Assembly: GCA_963771075.1 (NCBI GenBank)
Contig: CAVYSE010000010.1
Span: 1 to 52,836, forward strand
DNA: 52,836 nt
DNA from: a candidate division FCPU426 bacterium
GTDB lineage: Bacteria > Oederibacteriota > Muellerivitia > Muellerivitales > Muellerivitaceae
Direction: 5' to 3'
Of this stretch, positions 40,757-51,170 are shown piece after piece (the stretch's first letter is position 1; each line of letters begins with the position of its first letter). The notes beneath the pieces were generated by a model. It saw nothing but the letters and a program-made list of their open reading frames with translations. It was not told the origin of the DNA and did no database searches. Position numbers and translations under genes: made by a program.

Positions 40757-41847
40757 GGGCATACGGGCCCCACATTCGTGACCGGCGCGCTATAGACGAC
40801 GGTAGCCGGCATGTCGACAGGATAGGTAATGGGAAACTGGCTCGGGTCATTGGCCGCACCCCGCAGGAGCATGTTAGGCGTGTCGACTTCCGGTTGCAGG
40901 GTACTGATCCGGTTTTGAAGGTCCGCTGCAAAGGTGGACCAGGTCAACCCGTAGTGGGTACAGATCTCATCCCAACTCATCGTCAAGCGCAGGGTCATGA
41001 TGTCGGAAACCTGGCACCCGCAGGTGGCGCCCAGGCGCATGATGAGGTAGCTGGTCGCGAAATCCAGGTAGAGAGCCCGGCAAGCTTGCACAAAACCAAT
41101 GGAACAACCGAAGGCCGCGCTGCAAGCCGCGTCGCTATTGGCATAAACGAACGTAATGGGCCCTCCAGGAGTGAGGGTCACGGAGGGAGTAATCGTCGCG
41201 GTAGCCGGGGGTGTCCAGGTCGCCGTCCATACGAAAGTGGCCGTTTTAGTGGCGGTGGGTGTTGGGGTCGGGGTAAGGGTCGGCAATGGGGTTTGGCTGG
41301 GAGTTACGGTGGCGACCTGGGTAACTTGATAAGTGACCGTTGGGGTGGCCGTGGGGGTGGGGGTGGGGGAAACTCCGCAAACCCAAAGAATCGTGACGGC
41401 CTGGCTATCCGGAAGGGCCCCGCAATTGAGGCTGTTGGTCCCTCCCGCGACGACTAGGTCGTAGTAAGAACCACTCACTGCGGTCGATGGGATGCTGAAG
41501 GTCCATGAAACCGCCCGGCAAAAAGTCACCGGCGAGGAATCCATCGCGTTCCATCCCCCCGGCGGCGTCGGGTCCGATACGGCAGCCCCGTTGGAATCGA
41601 CCACGAAATATTGGCTAAGATCCCCACAGGGAAGAAGGGTGGCGCTGTTGGAGCTGTTCAGCGCAGTGAGGAAATAAGAATCACTGTTCAACGAATTTTG
41701 ACAGTAATAGACATCCAGGGTAACCGATTGGCCGGGGCAAACGATGGCGGGATAAAGGTCAATGGAGGCGATCTGGTTGGCGGCGTCAAGATTTCCCGCC
41801 GCCAACCAGAGGACCGCCATCAGGCTGTAATAGAGGTTCCGCTTCAT
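40753..41847 (-). CDS. Secreted Cys-rich protein with short Thr stalk and C-terminal CGC helical domain
   Basis: RBS AGGA before ATG 41847; signal peptide MKRNLYYSLMAVLWLAAGNLDA. The C-terminal domain is homologous to the repeats in the downstream gene. Confidence 0.8.
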   Translation of the reverse strand: MKRNLYYSLMAVLWLAAGNLDAANQIASIDLYPAIVCPGQSVTLDVYYCQNSLNSDSYFLTALNSSNSATLLPCGDLSQYFVVDSNGAAVSDPTPPGGWNAMDSSPVTFCRAVSWTFSIPSTAVSGSYYDLVVAGGTNSLNCGALPDSQAVTILWVCGVSPTPTPTATPTVTYQVTQVATVTPSQTPLPTLTPTPTPTATKTATFVWTATWTPPATATITPSVTLTPGGPITFVYANSDAACSAAFGCSIGFVQACRALYLDFATSYLIMRLGATCGCQVSDIMTLRLTMSWDEICTHYGLTWSTFAADLQNRISTLQPEVDTPNMLLRGAANDPSQFPITYPVDMPATVVYSAPVTNVGPVCP

Positions 41848-42047
41848 TGTGATTCCTACAATATTCCGGCGATAAAACCCAAACGATAGTGTCGCCGGGT
41901 AATGATTTATTTTTAGAATTCTACCCAACGGCCAAAAAGACAAAGAGCTTCTCGACTCGTTTCCATGAGGGAGGGAAATTCCCCTATCGCCCAGCCCCCC
42001 AACAAGCTGGTATTTTTTAAAGCACTATCCGTGCCAAGTTTCAGCAA

Positions 42048-43099
42048 CCCCAGTTCAATAACGAAGTGCAACACTTAGGCCCGGCAGAACCCGGGGGTTA
42101 TCCTAAGTTTCATGAAACAATCCTACAGGCATCTATTGTTAGCCGAACGTGAAAAAATCTCTATTTGGAAGGCTCAAGGCCTTTCCCTGCGAAAAATCGC
42201 CAAACGCCTTGGCCGTGATGTTTCCAGCGTTTCCCGAGAGTTGAAGCGCAACGCCCCTCCCTTACGTCCCGGCCGGTATCTTCCTGCCAGGGCTCACGAT
42301 CGGGCCATCTTGCGCAACCAGATCTCTCGAACTCACTTTCGGCTCAAGAAACCCGAACTGCGCCGGTATGTCTTGCGTAAACTTCGGCAAGGTCTTTCAC
42401 CCGAACAAATCGCCGGTCAACTTCACCAGGAGAAATCCAAAATCTCCATTTCCCACGAGGCCGTCTACCAGTTCATCTATAGCAAAGCTCGGCATCTCAT
42501 TCCCTTCTTGGCTCGCTCCCATCGAAAACGACTTCGGCGATGGCATTCCCACAATCACCGCAAAAGCCATATCCCACAACGCGTTTCAATCACCCAACGC
42601 CCTGCCATCGTCAAGGCACGGGACCAATACGGCCACTGGGAGATGGACACTATCATTTCCAGGCAGAGCAAAGCTTCTATCTTGGTCATGGTCGAAAGAA
42701 AGAGCCGACTGGTAAAACTTGCTTGGCTGCCCCAGAAATCCGCGTCAAATACCCGTATGGCTATCAATCGTCGCCTCGGTCAATTTTCCAAGGGACTCCG
42801 CAGGACCATCACCTATGACAACGGCTCGGAGAACGTCGAACACCTCCAGGTCAATGCCGTTTTGGGCACTAGGTCTTTCTTCTGCCTGCCATTCCACAGT
42901 TGGGAAAAAGGCACCGTGGAAAACACCAACGGTTTGATTCGACGCTTCTATCCGAAGAAAACCGATTTTGCTAACATAACCCCAGCTCAAGTCAGGCGCG
43001 TGGAACGGATTCTCAATGGTCGTCCCCGCAAGTGTCTTGGCTTCAAAACGCCGGAGCAAGTCTTTCGCCTAGGTGTTGCACTTACTGGTTGAATTCAGC
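42048..43099 (+). mobile_element. IS30-family element, copy 1 (1052 bp)
   Basis: IRs CCCCAGTTCAATAACGAAGTGCAACAC / GTGTTGCACTTACTGGTTGAATTCAGC, with AA on both flanks. Confidence 0.9.
42112..43092 (+). CDS. IS30-family transposase
   Basis: HTH SLRKIAKRLGRDVSSVSRELKRN; SPEQIA, GHWEMD, TYDNGSE, WEKGTVENTNGLIRRFYPK and RPRKCLGFKTP motifs. Confidence 0.97.
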   Translation: MKQSYRHLLLAEREKISIWKAQGLSLRKIAKRLGRDVSSVSRELKRNAPPLRPGRYLPARAHDRAILRNQISRTHFRLKKPELRRYVLRKLRQGLSPEQIAGQLHQEKSKISISHEAVYQFIYSKARHLIPFLARSHRKRLRRWHSHNHRKSHIPQRVSITQRPAIVKARDQYGHWEMDTIISRQSKASILVMVERKSRLVKLAWLPQKSASNTRMAINRRLGQFSKGLRRTITYDNGSENVEHLQVNAVLGTRSFFCLPFHSWEKGTVENTNGLIRRFYPKKTDFANITPAQVRRVERILNGRPRKCLGFKTPEQVFRLGVALTG

Positions 43100-43211
43100 A
43101 AATAATAATCCCGCAATTCAGAGAATTACCTATGCTGATGGTTTAAATGTAGGTTAATTCAGATGATTGATAAGAATCAAATGCGGTTTGCGTGGTGAAT
43201 GGTTCAAAACT

Positions 43212-44353
43212 TTCAAGATCTGTTCATAGGCCGAAAGCATCTTCTTGGCCATGGAGGTCGAGGACCGATTTTAGCCTCGATCCGGGTCTCGGCATTTTTA
43301 ACCGCGTAAAAAGCCCCAGTGATCATACGGGAATACCGCATCGGAGAATTCCCTTTTATCCAACCGGGTAACGGTTCCCCCTTTGCCGGGTACCATCACG
43401 TCTTTCACACCCATTTCACTAACAGCGACCACGGGGGTACCTGTAAAAAGTACTTAATTATCCACTCATGACCTCCCACCGAGGCCGAACACGAATAAAT
43501 CTACAGTGGCGTAGAATCGCGCCATTTCTTGCCCCGTCAAATAACCGGGCAAGCACGGCGAGTTAGATTTGTTAGCTTCAGGTCCTGGACTTTCTTTTCC
43601 AGCCGTTCCTTGGCGCTCTGCGATCAGGAATTTCAAATGAGGAACCTTGGGAATTAGCTCCCTTAAGATATCGATCAAAAAGTCGATGTTCTTTTCCTCC
43701 GCCACCCGGCCCATGAACATGAGAATTTTACTCCTTTGGGTCTCTAGCCATTCGTCTCCTTGAATCGTTTCGGGTCGCCTCCGCTCAAAACGGTTCAGTT
43801 GAATGCCCGTGGGAATCACCTCAACCCTTTTGGAAATGCGCGGGCAACTCTACTACACATTCCGCATTTCGCTGGAGGGGGTGACGATCATGTCGCAGGA
43901 ATCGCAGTACTTTCGGCTCAAGCGCTTGGCGTATCCAATCATGGGCTTGGTGGGTAAAAACCAAAGGTAATGTTCAATATATGCCGCGAAATGGGTGTGG
44001 TAGGTATGCACCACCTTGGCCCCCGATTGCCGGGCCCATGGGATGGCGGCCTGACCTAAAGTGAAAGGCGTCTGGGTGTGGACGATGTCAAATTTCTGGT
44101 CAAGGAACTGTCGAATCAACTTTTTGTCGGCGTTCGGGCGTGGCAAGCGGTCCTCAGGGTCAAAGAAGAGGTACCAGGAGGGAAAGCGGTGGATTTGATA
44201 AGGAAGCGGCTCATCGATGTGGCCGGGAAATGCGGGCCCGTAAATATCAACCTCATGTCCCAAAGCGGCGAATTCCCGCGCGAAGGTTTGGGTGGAAGCC
44301 CCCACGCCGTTGATGCGGGGAAAGTAGGTGTCGGTCACCAAGGCGATTTTCAT
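43212..44353 (-). pseudogene. Garbled inverted copy of GT4 gene 48799-49953 (likely artefact)
   Basis: First ~166 aa are near-identical, followed by multiple frameshifts and scrambled sequence at 43440-43480. Confidence 0.8.
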
Positions 44354-44519
44354 TTTTACCTTACAAAAAGAATTTTTACCACAGCGGGGACACAGAGAAA
44401 AAAATAAGGCATCCTTTATTAATTAATAGCAAAATCGTTACTACAAAGATTGACGTAGGTTGGAGGACTTTTTCCTAAAAACAAATTGGATCTATTTTCT
44501 GTGTCTCCGTGGTGAAGTC

Positions 44520-46249
44520 TTAGGGTGTACAGAGTTTCCATTCCTCGGCGGCGAATTTCTTCACCTTGTCCATGACCTGGGCCGAGGGAACCTTCGCCAC
44601 CTCTTTTTCGCGGCGGCGTTTGACTTCCAAGACCCCTTCTTTCAGGCCCTTGGCCCCCACTTGCACTGAAACCGGCAGCCCCAGCAGGTCCGCGTCTTTG
44701 AATTTGAACCCGGCAGTCGCCTCGGTCCGGTCATCATAGAGCACCTCATAACCGGCCTTCATTAAGTCGTCGTAAACCTGGTCCGCCACCTTGACCACTT
44801 CGGCTTCGGCGGGATTCAGACAGAGGAGGTGAACCTGGTAGGGCGCGATGGAAATGGGCCAGAGGATGCCGTCCGCGTCGTTGTGCTGCTCGATGGCGGC
44901 CCCTACCGTTCGGGTCACGCCGATGCCGTAACAGCCCATAACCGCTTCTTTCTCTTTCATCTTCTCGTCCAGATACACGCAATGCATGGACTTGGAATAT
45001 TTGGTTCAAAGTTTCAAAGTCTAATCCACCTCGATGCCCCTGACAATCTTCAGGGGTTTGCCGCATTTGGGACACCCTTCGCCATCCACCACGTTGCGGA
45101 AGTCGTTGTACCAAGGCGCGGCGCAATCCCGGCCGATTTCGACATGGACCAAGTGCTTATCCTTCACCAGGGCTCCGGTCACGTAATCGTGACCCTCTTT
45201 CAGGGCGTTGTCCGCCAATATTTTCACGCCTTTTAATCCCACTGGTCCCGCGAAACCCATTGGGGCACCCGTCACCTCCAAAACCTTTTCGGCGGGGGCC
45301 AAAATCAGGTCCACCGCGTTCAACGCGTTTTTCACCTTGGTCTGATTGACCTCGTGGTCGCCCCGCACCAGGACCGCCACCGGTTTGCCGTCGGCTAGGA
45401 AGATGAGGGTTTTAATGAATTGCTGGGGGGGAAATTTTAACAAGGCCCCCACGTCTTCCACCGTGTATTTGCCGGGAGTATCCACGGCAAGGGCGGTTTC
45501 GGAAGTGGGCTGGGTTACGGAAGCGGCGGCGGGGACCCCGACCGCCTTTTCCATGTTGGCCGCGTAAGAACAGGCCCCGCACCAGGCGATTGCGGCCTCG
45601 CCCGAATCGGCCATGACCATGAACTCATGGGTGAAAGACCCGCCGATCAAGCCCGAATCAGCCTCGACGGGGAAAAGGCCAGACCACAACGCTTAAAAAT
45701 GCGCTTGTAAGCTTCCACCATGGCCCAATAAGTCTTGTCGGAAGCCGCGTCATCCACGTCGAAGGAGTAGCCGTCCTCTATCAGAAACTCTTTGGAACGC
45801 ATCACGCCAAACCGGGGGCGCACCTCATCCCTGAACTTGGTGGCGATCTGGAAAAGGTTTTGGGGTAATCGCTTGTAGCTTTTCAGCTCCCGGCGGACCA
45901 GGTCGGTAATGACCTCCTCGTGGGTGGGGCCAAGCGCGAAATCATGATCATGACGGTCCTTGACCCGCATCAGTTCCTTGCCGTATTTCTGCCAGCGGCC
46001 GGTTTCCTGCCACAATTCAGCTGGGGTCAGGATGGGCATCAAGACTTCCTGCGCCCCTGCCCGGGCCATTTCCTCCCGGATGATGGTGGCGACCTTGAAG
46101 ATGGACCGGAACCCCAAGGGCAGGTATTCGTAAATGCCGGAGGCGACCTTGCGCATCAACCCCGCGCGAAGCATCAGCTTATGGGAGGGGATCTCGGCCT
46201 CGCCGGGTGTTTCTTTGACCGTCGGGATCAGAGCTTGGGATACCCGCAT
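44520..46249 (-). pseudogene. proS: Frameshifted inverted copy of proS (likely artefact)
   Basis: Three ORF fragments near-identical to 46902-48632. Confidence 0.8.
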
Positions 46250-46490
46250 GTAACAACCTCATAAAAATTTAAGGGATACGACCCTAGGCCGTACCCCATT
46301 GGGAAACTATTTTCGTCAATTGATTATTTTGAGCAAGGTATTTCCGGAAATATTTAAGCGGAATCAAGGCGGTGTAACACGCACGGAAATGGACTGATTT
46401 CCCTGTTTTGCCTTTTCCACATTTGCGGCTTTAAATACCTTTTCTGCGGAATTATAAACCCCGCTTACTGCGACATCATCGCCAACTTTC

Positions 46491-46787
46491 GTGTCCCTCC
46501 GGGATTTAAAATCAAACCGGGAAGATTTCAACAGACTTAACGTCCAAGTCGCCGGGAAAATCAGAAAACTGGACACGGTGGAAGACGAGGGATACCAGTT
46601 TACCCTGGATGATGGAACGGCCTTAATGATGGTTTTTTACCCGGGAAGCATGAGGGACACGAAAGTTGGCGATGATGTCGCAGTAAGCGGGGTTTATAAT
46701 TCCGCAGAAAAGGTATTTAAAGCCGCAAATGTGGAAAAGGCAAAACAGGGAAATCGGTCCATTTCCGTGCGTGTTACACCGCCCTGA
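46491..46787 (+). CDS. 5'-truncated OB-fold domain protein at the fold-back centre
   Basis: VQVAGKI...FTLDDGT..MVFY..KVGDDVAVSGVY is an OB-fold pattern. The start is lost at the inversion junction. Confidence 0.65.
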   Translation: MSLRDLKSNREDFNRLNVQVAGKIRKLDTVEDEGYQFTLDDGTALMMVFYPGSMRDTKVGDDVAVSGVYNSAEKVFKAANVEKAKQGNRSISVRVTPP

Positions 46788-46901
46788 TTCCGCTTAAATA
46801 TTTCCGGAAATACCTTGCTCAAAATAATCAATTGACGAAAATAGTTTCCCAATGGGGTACGGCTTAGGGTCGTATCCCTTAAATTTTTATGAGGTTGTTA
46901 C

Positions 46902-48632
46902 ATGCGAGTATCCCAAGCTCTGATCCCGACGGTCAAAGAAACACCCGGCGAGGCCGAGATCCCCTCCCATAAGCTGATGCTTCGCGCGGGGTTGATGCGC
47001 AAGGTCGCCTCCGGCATTTACGAATACCTGCCCTTGGGGTTCCGGTCCATCTTCAAGGTCGCCACCATCATCCGGGAGGAAATGGCCCGGGCAGGGGCGC
47101 AGGAAGTCTTGATGCCCATCCTGACCCCCGCTGAATTGTGGCAGGAAACCGGCCGCTGGCAGAAATACGGCAAGGAACTGATGCGGGTCAAGGACCGTCA
47201 TGATCATGATTTCGCGCTTGGCCCCACCCACGAGGAGGTCATTACCGACCTGGTCCGCCGGGAGCTGAAAAGCTACAAGCAATTGCCCCAAAACCTTTTC
47301 CAGATCGCCACCAAGTTCAGGGATGAGGTGCGCCCCCGGTTTGGCGTGATGCGTTCCAAAGAGTTCTTGATGAAGGACGGCTACTCCTTCGACGTGGATG
47401 ACGCGGCTTCCGACAAGACTTATTGGGCCATGGTGGAAGCTTACAAGCGCATTTTTAAGCGTTGTGGTCTGGCCTTTTCCCCCGTCGAGGCTGATTCGGG
47501 CTTGATCGGCGGGTCTTTCACCCATGAGTTCATGGTCATGGCCGATTCGGGCGAGGCCGCAATCGCCTGGTGCGGGGCCTGTTCTTACGCGGCCAACATG
47601 GAAAAGGCGGTCGGGGTCCCCGCCGCCGCTTCCGTAACCCAGCCCACTTCCGAAACCGCCCTTGCCGTGGATACTCCCGGCAAATACACGGTGGAAGACG
47701 TGGGGGCCTTGTTAAAACTTCCCCCCCAGCAATTCATCAAAACCCTCATCTTCCTAGCCGACGGCAAACCGGTGGCGGTCCTGGTGCGGGGCGACCACGA
47801 GGTCAATGAGACCAAGGTGAAAAACGCGTTGAACGCGGTGGACCTGATTTTGGCCCCCGCCGAAAAGGTTTTGGAGGTGACGGGTGCCCCAGTGGGTTTC
47901 GCGGGACCAGTGGGATTAAAAGGCGTGAAAATATTGGCGGACAACGCCCTGAAAGAGGGTCACGATTACGTGACCGGAGCCCTGGTGAAGGATAAGCACT
48001 TGGTCCATGTCGAAATCGGCCGGGATTGCGCCGCGCCTTGGTACAACGACTTCCGCAACGTGGTGGATGGCGAAGGGTGTCCCAAATGCGGCAAACCCCT
48101 GAAGATTGTCAGGGGCATCGAGGTGGGTCAGACTTTCAAACTTGGAACCAAATATTCCAAGTCCATGCATTGCGTGTATCTGGACGAGAAGATGAAAGAG
48201 AAAGAAGCGGTTATGGGCTGTTACGGCATCGGCGTGACCCGAACGGTAGGGGCCGCCATCGAGCAGCACAACGACGCGGACGGCATCCTCTGGCCCATTT
48301 CCATCGCGCCCTACCAGGTTCACCTCCTCTGTCTGAATCCCGCCGAAGCCGAAGTGGTCAAGGTGGCGGACCAGGTTTACGACGACTTAATGAAGGCCGG
48401 TTATGAGGTGCTCTATGATGACCGGACCGAGGCGACTGCCGGGTTCAAATTCAAAGACGCGGACCTGCTGGGGCTGCCGGTTTCAGTGCGAGTGGGGGCC
48501 AAGGGCCTGAAAGAAGGGGTCTTGGAAGTCAAACGCCGCCGCGAAAAAGAGGTGGCGAAGGTTCCCTCGGCCCAGGTCATGGACAAGGTGAAGAAATTCG
48601 CCGCCGAGGAATGGAAACTCTGTACACCCTAA
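46902..48632 (+). CDS. proS: Proline--tRNA ligase (bacterial type with INS editing domain)
   Basis: [50 protein letters not shown] and MGCYGIG motifs; 576 aa. Confidence 0.98.
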   Translation: MRVSQALIPTVKETPGEAEIPSHKLMLRAGLMRKVASGIYEYLPLGFRSIFKVATIIREEMARAGAQEVLMPILTPAELWQETGRWQKYGKELMRVKDRHDHDFALGPTHEEVITDLVRRELKSYKQLPQNLFQIATKFRDEVRPRFGVMRSKEFLMKDGYSFDVDDAASDKTYWAMVEAYKRIFKRCGLAFSPVEADSGLIGGSFTHEFMVMADSGEAAIAWCGACSYAANMEKAVGVPAAASVTQPTSETALAVDTPGKYTVEDVGALLKLPPQQFIKTLIFLADGKPVAVLVRGDHEVNETKVKNALNAVDLILAPAEKVLEVTGAPVGFAGPVGLKGVKILADNALKEGHDYVTGALVKDKHLVHVEIGRDCAAPWYNDFRNVVDGEGCPKCGKPLKIVRGIEVGQTFKLGTKYSKSMHCVYLDEKMKEKEAVMGCYGIGVTRTVGAAIEQHNDADGILWPISIAPYQVHLLCLNPAEAEVVKVADQVYDDLMKAGYEVLYDDRTEATAGFKFKDADLLGLPVSVRVGAKGLKEGVLEVKRRREKEVAKVPSAQVMDKVKKFAAEEWKLCTP

Positions 48633-48634
48633 GA

Positions 48635-48778
48635 CTTCACCACGGAGACACAGAAAATAGATCCAATTTGTTTTTAGGAAAAAGTCCTCCAACCTACGTC
48701 AATCTTTGTAGTAACGATTTTGCTATTAATTAATAAAGGATGCCTTATTTTTTTCTCTGTGTCCCCGCTGTGGTAAAA
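48635..48778. repeat. REP-like palindromic element (mirror copy at 44374-44517)
   Basis: TTCACCACGGAGACACAGAAAA ... TTTTCTCTGTGTCCCCGCTGTGGTAAA. Confidence 0.7.
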
Positions 48779-48798
48779 ATTCTTTTTGTAAGGTAAAA

Positions 48799-49953
48799 AT
48801 GAAAATCGCCTTGGTGACCGACACCTACTTTCCCCGCATCAACGGCGTGGGGGCTTCCACCCAAACCTTCGCGCGGGAATTCGCCGCTTTGGGACATGAG
48901 GTTCATATTTACGGGCCCGCATTTCCCGGCCACGTCGATGAGCCGCTTCCTTATCAAATCCACCGCTTTCCCTCCTGGTACCTCTTCTTTGACCCTGAGG
49001 ACCGCTTGCCACGCCCGAACGCCGACAAAAAGTTGATTCGACAGTTCCTTGACCAGAAATTTGACATCGTCCACACCCAGACGCCTTTCACTTTAGGTCA
49101 GGCCGCCATCCCATGGGCCCGGCAATCGGGGGCCAAGGTGGTGCATACCTACCACACCCATTTCGCGGCATATATTGAACATTACCTTTGGTTTTTACCC
49201 ACCAAGCCCATGATTGGATACGCCAAGCGCTTGAGCCGAAAGTACTGCGATTCCTGCGACATGATCGTCACCCCCTCCAGCGAAATGCGGAATGTGTTGT
49301 TGAGTTACGGCATTTCCAAAAGGGTTGAGGTGATTCCCACGGGCATTCAACTGAACCGTTTTGACGGGAGCGACCCCAAACGATTCCGCGAGACGAATGG
49401 CTACAAACCCGAGGATAAAATTCTGATGTTCATGGGCCGGGTGGCGGAGGAAAAGAACATCGACTTTTTGATCGATGTCTTTCGGGAGCTAATTCCCAAG
49501 GTTCCTCATTTGAAATTCCTGATCGCGGGAGCGGGCCCCGCCAAGGAACGGCTGGAAAAGAAAGTCCAGGACCTGAAGCTAACGGATACGGTTTGCTTCC
49601 CCGGTTATTTGACGGGCGAGAAATGGCGCGATTGCTACGCCGGTGTAGATTTATTCGTGTTCGCCTCGGTGACGGAGACCCAAGGTTTGGTGGTGACCGA
49701 AGCCATGGCCGCCGGTACCCCCGTGGTCGCTGTTGGTGAAATGGGTGTGAAAGACGTGATGGCCTCCGGCAAAGGGGGAACCGTTACCCGGTTGGATAAA
49801 AGGGAATTCTCCGATGCGGTCTTCCGTATGATGACCGATGGGGCTTTTTACGCGGTTAAAAAGGCCGAGACCCGGATCGAGGCTGAGAATTGGTCCTCGA
49901 CCTCCATGGCCAAGAAGATGCTTTCGGCCTATGAACAGATCTTGAAAGCCTAA
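48799..49953 (+). CDS. GT4 glycosyltransferase (diacylglycerol alpha-glucosyltransferase-like)
   Basis: TDTYFPRINGV, HTYHT, GRVAEEKN and FASVTETQGLVVTEAMAAG motifs. Confidence 0.92.
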   Translation: MKIALVTDTYFPRINGVGASTQTFAREFAALGHEVHIYGPAFPGHVDEPLPYQIHRFPSWYLFFDPEDRLPRPNADKKLIRQFLDQKFDIVHTQTPFTLGQAAIPWARQSGAKVVHTYHTHFAAYIEHYLWFLPTKPMIGYAKRLSRKYCDSCDMIVTPSSEMRNVLLSYGISKRVEVIPTGIQLNRFDGSDPKRFRETNGYKPEDKILMFMGRVAEEKNIDFLIDVFRELIPKVPHLKFLIAGAGPAKERLEKKVQDLKLTDTVCFPGYLTGEKWRDCYAGVDLFVFASVTETQGLVVTEAMAAGTPVVAVGEMGVKDVMASGKGGTVTRLDKREFSDAVFRMMTDGAFYAVKKAETRIEAENWSSTSMAKKMLSAYEQILKA

Positions 49954-50065
49954 AAAATCGAACCATTCACCACGCAAACCGCATTTGATTCTTATCAATC
50001 ATCTGAATTAACCTACATTTAAACCAGTCGCGTAGGTAATTCTCTAAAATGCGGGATTATTATTT

Positions 50066-51117
50066 GCTGAATTCAACCAGTAAGTGCAACACCTAGGCGA
50101 AAGACTTGCTCCGGCGTTTTGAAGCCAAGACACTTGCGGGGACGACCATTGAGAATCCGTTCCACGCGCCTGACTTGAGCTGGGGTTATGTTAGCAAAAT
50201 CGGTTTTCTTCGGATAGAAGCGTCGAATCAAACCGTTGGTGTTTTCCACGGTGCCTTTTTCCCAACTGTGGAATGGCAGGCAGAAGAAAGACCTAGTGCC
50301 CAAAACGGCATTGACCTGGAGGTGTTCGACGTTCTCCGAGCCGTTGTCATAGGTGATGGTCCTGCGGAGTCCCTTGGAAAATTGACCGAGGCGACGATTG
50401 ATAGCCATACGGGTATTTGACGCGGATTTCTGGGGCAGCCAAGCAAGTTTTACCAGTCGGCTCTTTCTTTCGACCATGACCAAGATAGAAGCTTTGCTCT
50501 GCCTGGAAATGATAGTGTCCATCTCCCAGTGGCCGTATTGGTCCCGTGCCTTGACGATGGCAGGGCGTTGGGTGATTGAAACGCGTTGTGGGATATGGCT
50601 TTTGCGGTGATTGTGGGAATGCCATCGCCGAAGTCGTTTTCGATGGGAGCGAGCCAAGAAGGGAATGAGATGCCGAGCTTTGCTATAGATGAACTGGTAG
50701 ACGGCCTCGTGGGAAATGGAGATTTTGGATTTCTCCTGGTGAAGTTGACCGGCGATTTGTTCGGGTGAAAGACCTTGCCGAAGTTTACGCAAGACATACC
50801 GGCGCAGTTCGGGTTTCTTGAGCCGAAAGTGAGTTCGAGAGATCTGGTTGCGCAAGATGGCCCGATCGTGAGCCCTGGCAGGAAGATACCGGCCGGGACG
50901 TAAGGGAGGGGCGTTGCGCTTCAACTCTCGGGAAACGCTGGAAACATCACGGCCAAGGCGTTTGGCGATTTTTCGCAGGGAAAGGCCTTGAGCCTTCCAA
51001 ATAGAGATTTTTTCACGTTCGGCTAACAATAGATGCCTGTAGGATTGTTTCATGAAACTTAGGATAACCCCCGGGTTCTGCCGGGCCTAAGTGTTGCACT
51101 TCGTTATTGAACTGGGG
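50066..51117 (-). mobile_element. IS30-family element, copy 2 (transposase 50073-51053)
   Basis: Reverse complement of copy 1 with an identical protein. The 2-bp TT flanks fit the IS30 TSD. Confidence 0.95.
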
Positions 51118-51170
51118 TTTTTGGTTTTTCTCCGCGTCTTTACGGTAAATTCTGGCAAGAAAGGTTTTCG

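Larger units (their letters stand above)
42046..46499 (-). repeat. Left arm of inverted duplication of 46652-51119
   Basis: Reverse-complement identity throughout, with a 152-bp spacer at 46500-46651. The left arm carries many indels. Confidence 0.95.

Noticed and set aside
44520..46249. Second proS as a functional paralog or resistance copy
   Set aside because: It is a near-identical, frameshifted mirror copy within the fold-back arm.
42048..51117. Composite transposon bounded by inverted IS30 copies
   Set aside because: The inverted identity continues through the whole interior, so it is one palindrome rather than cargo between two independent IS copies.
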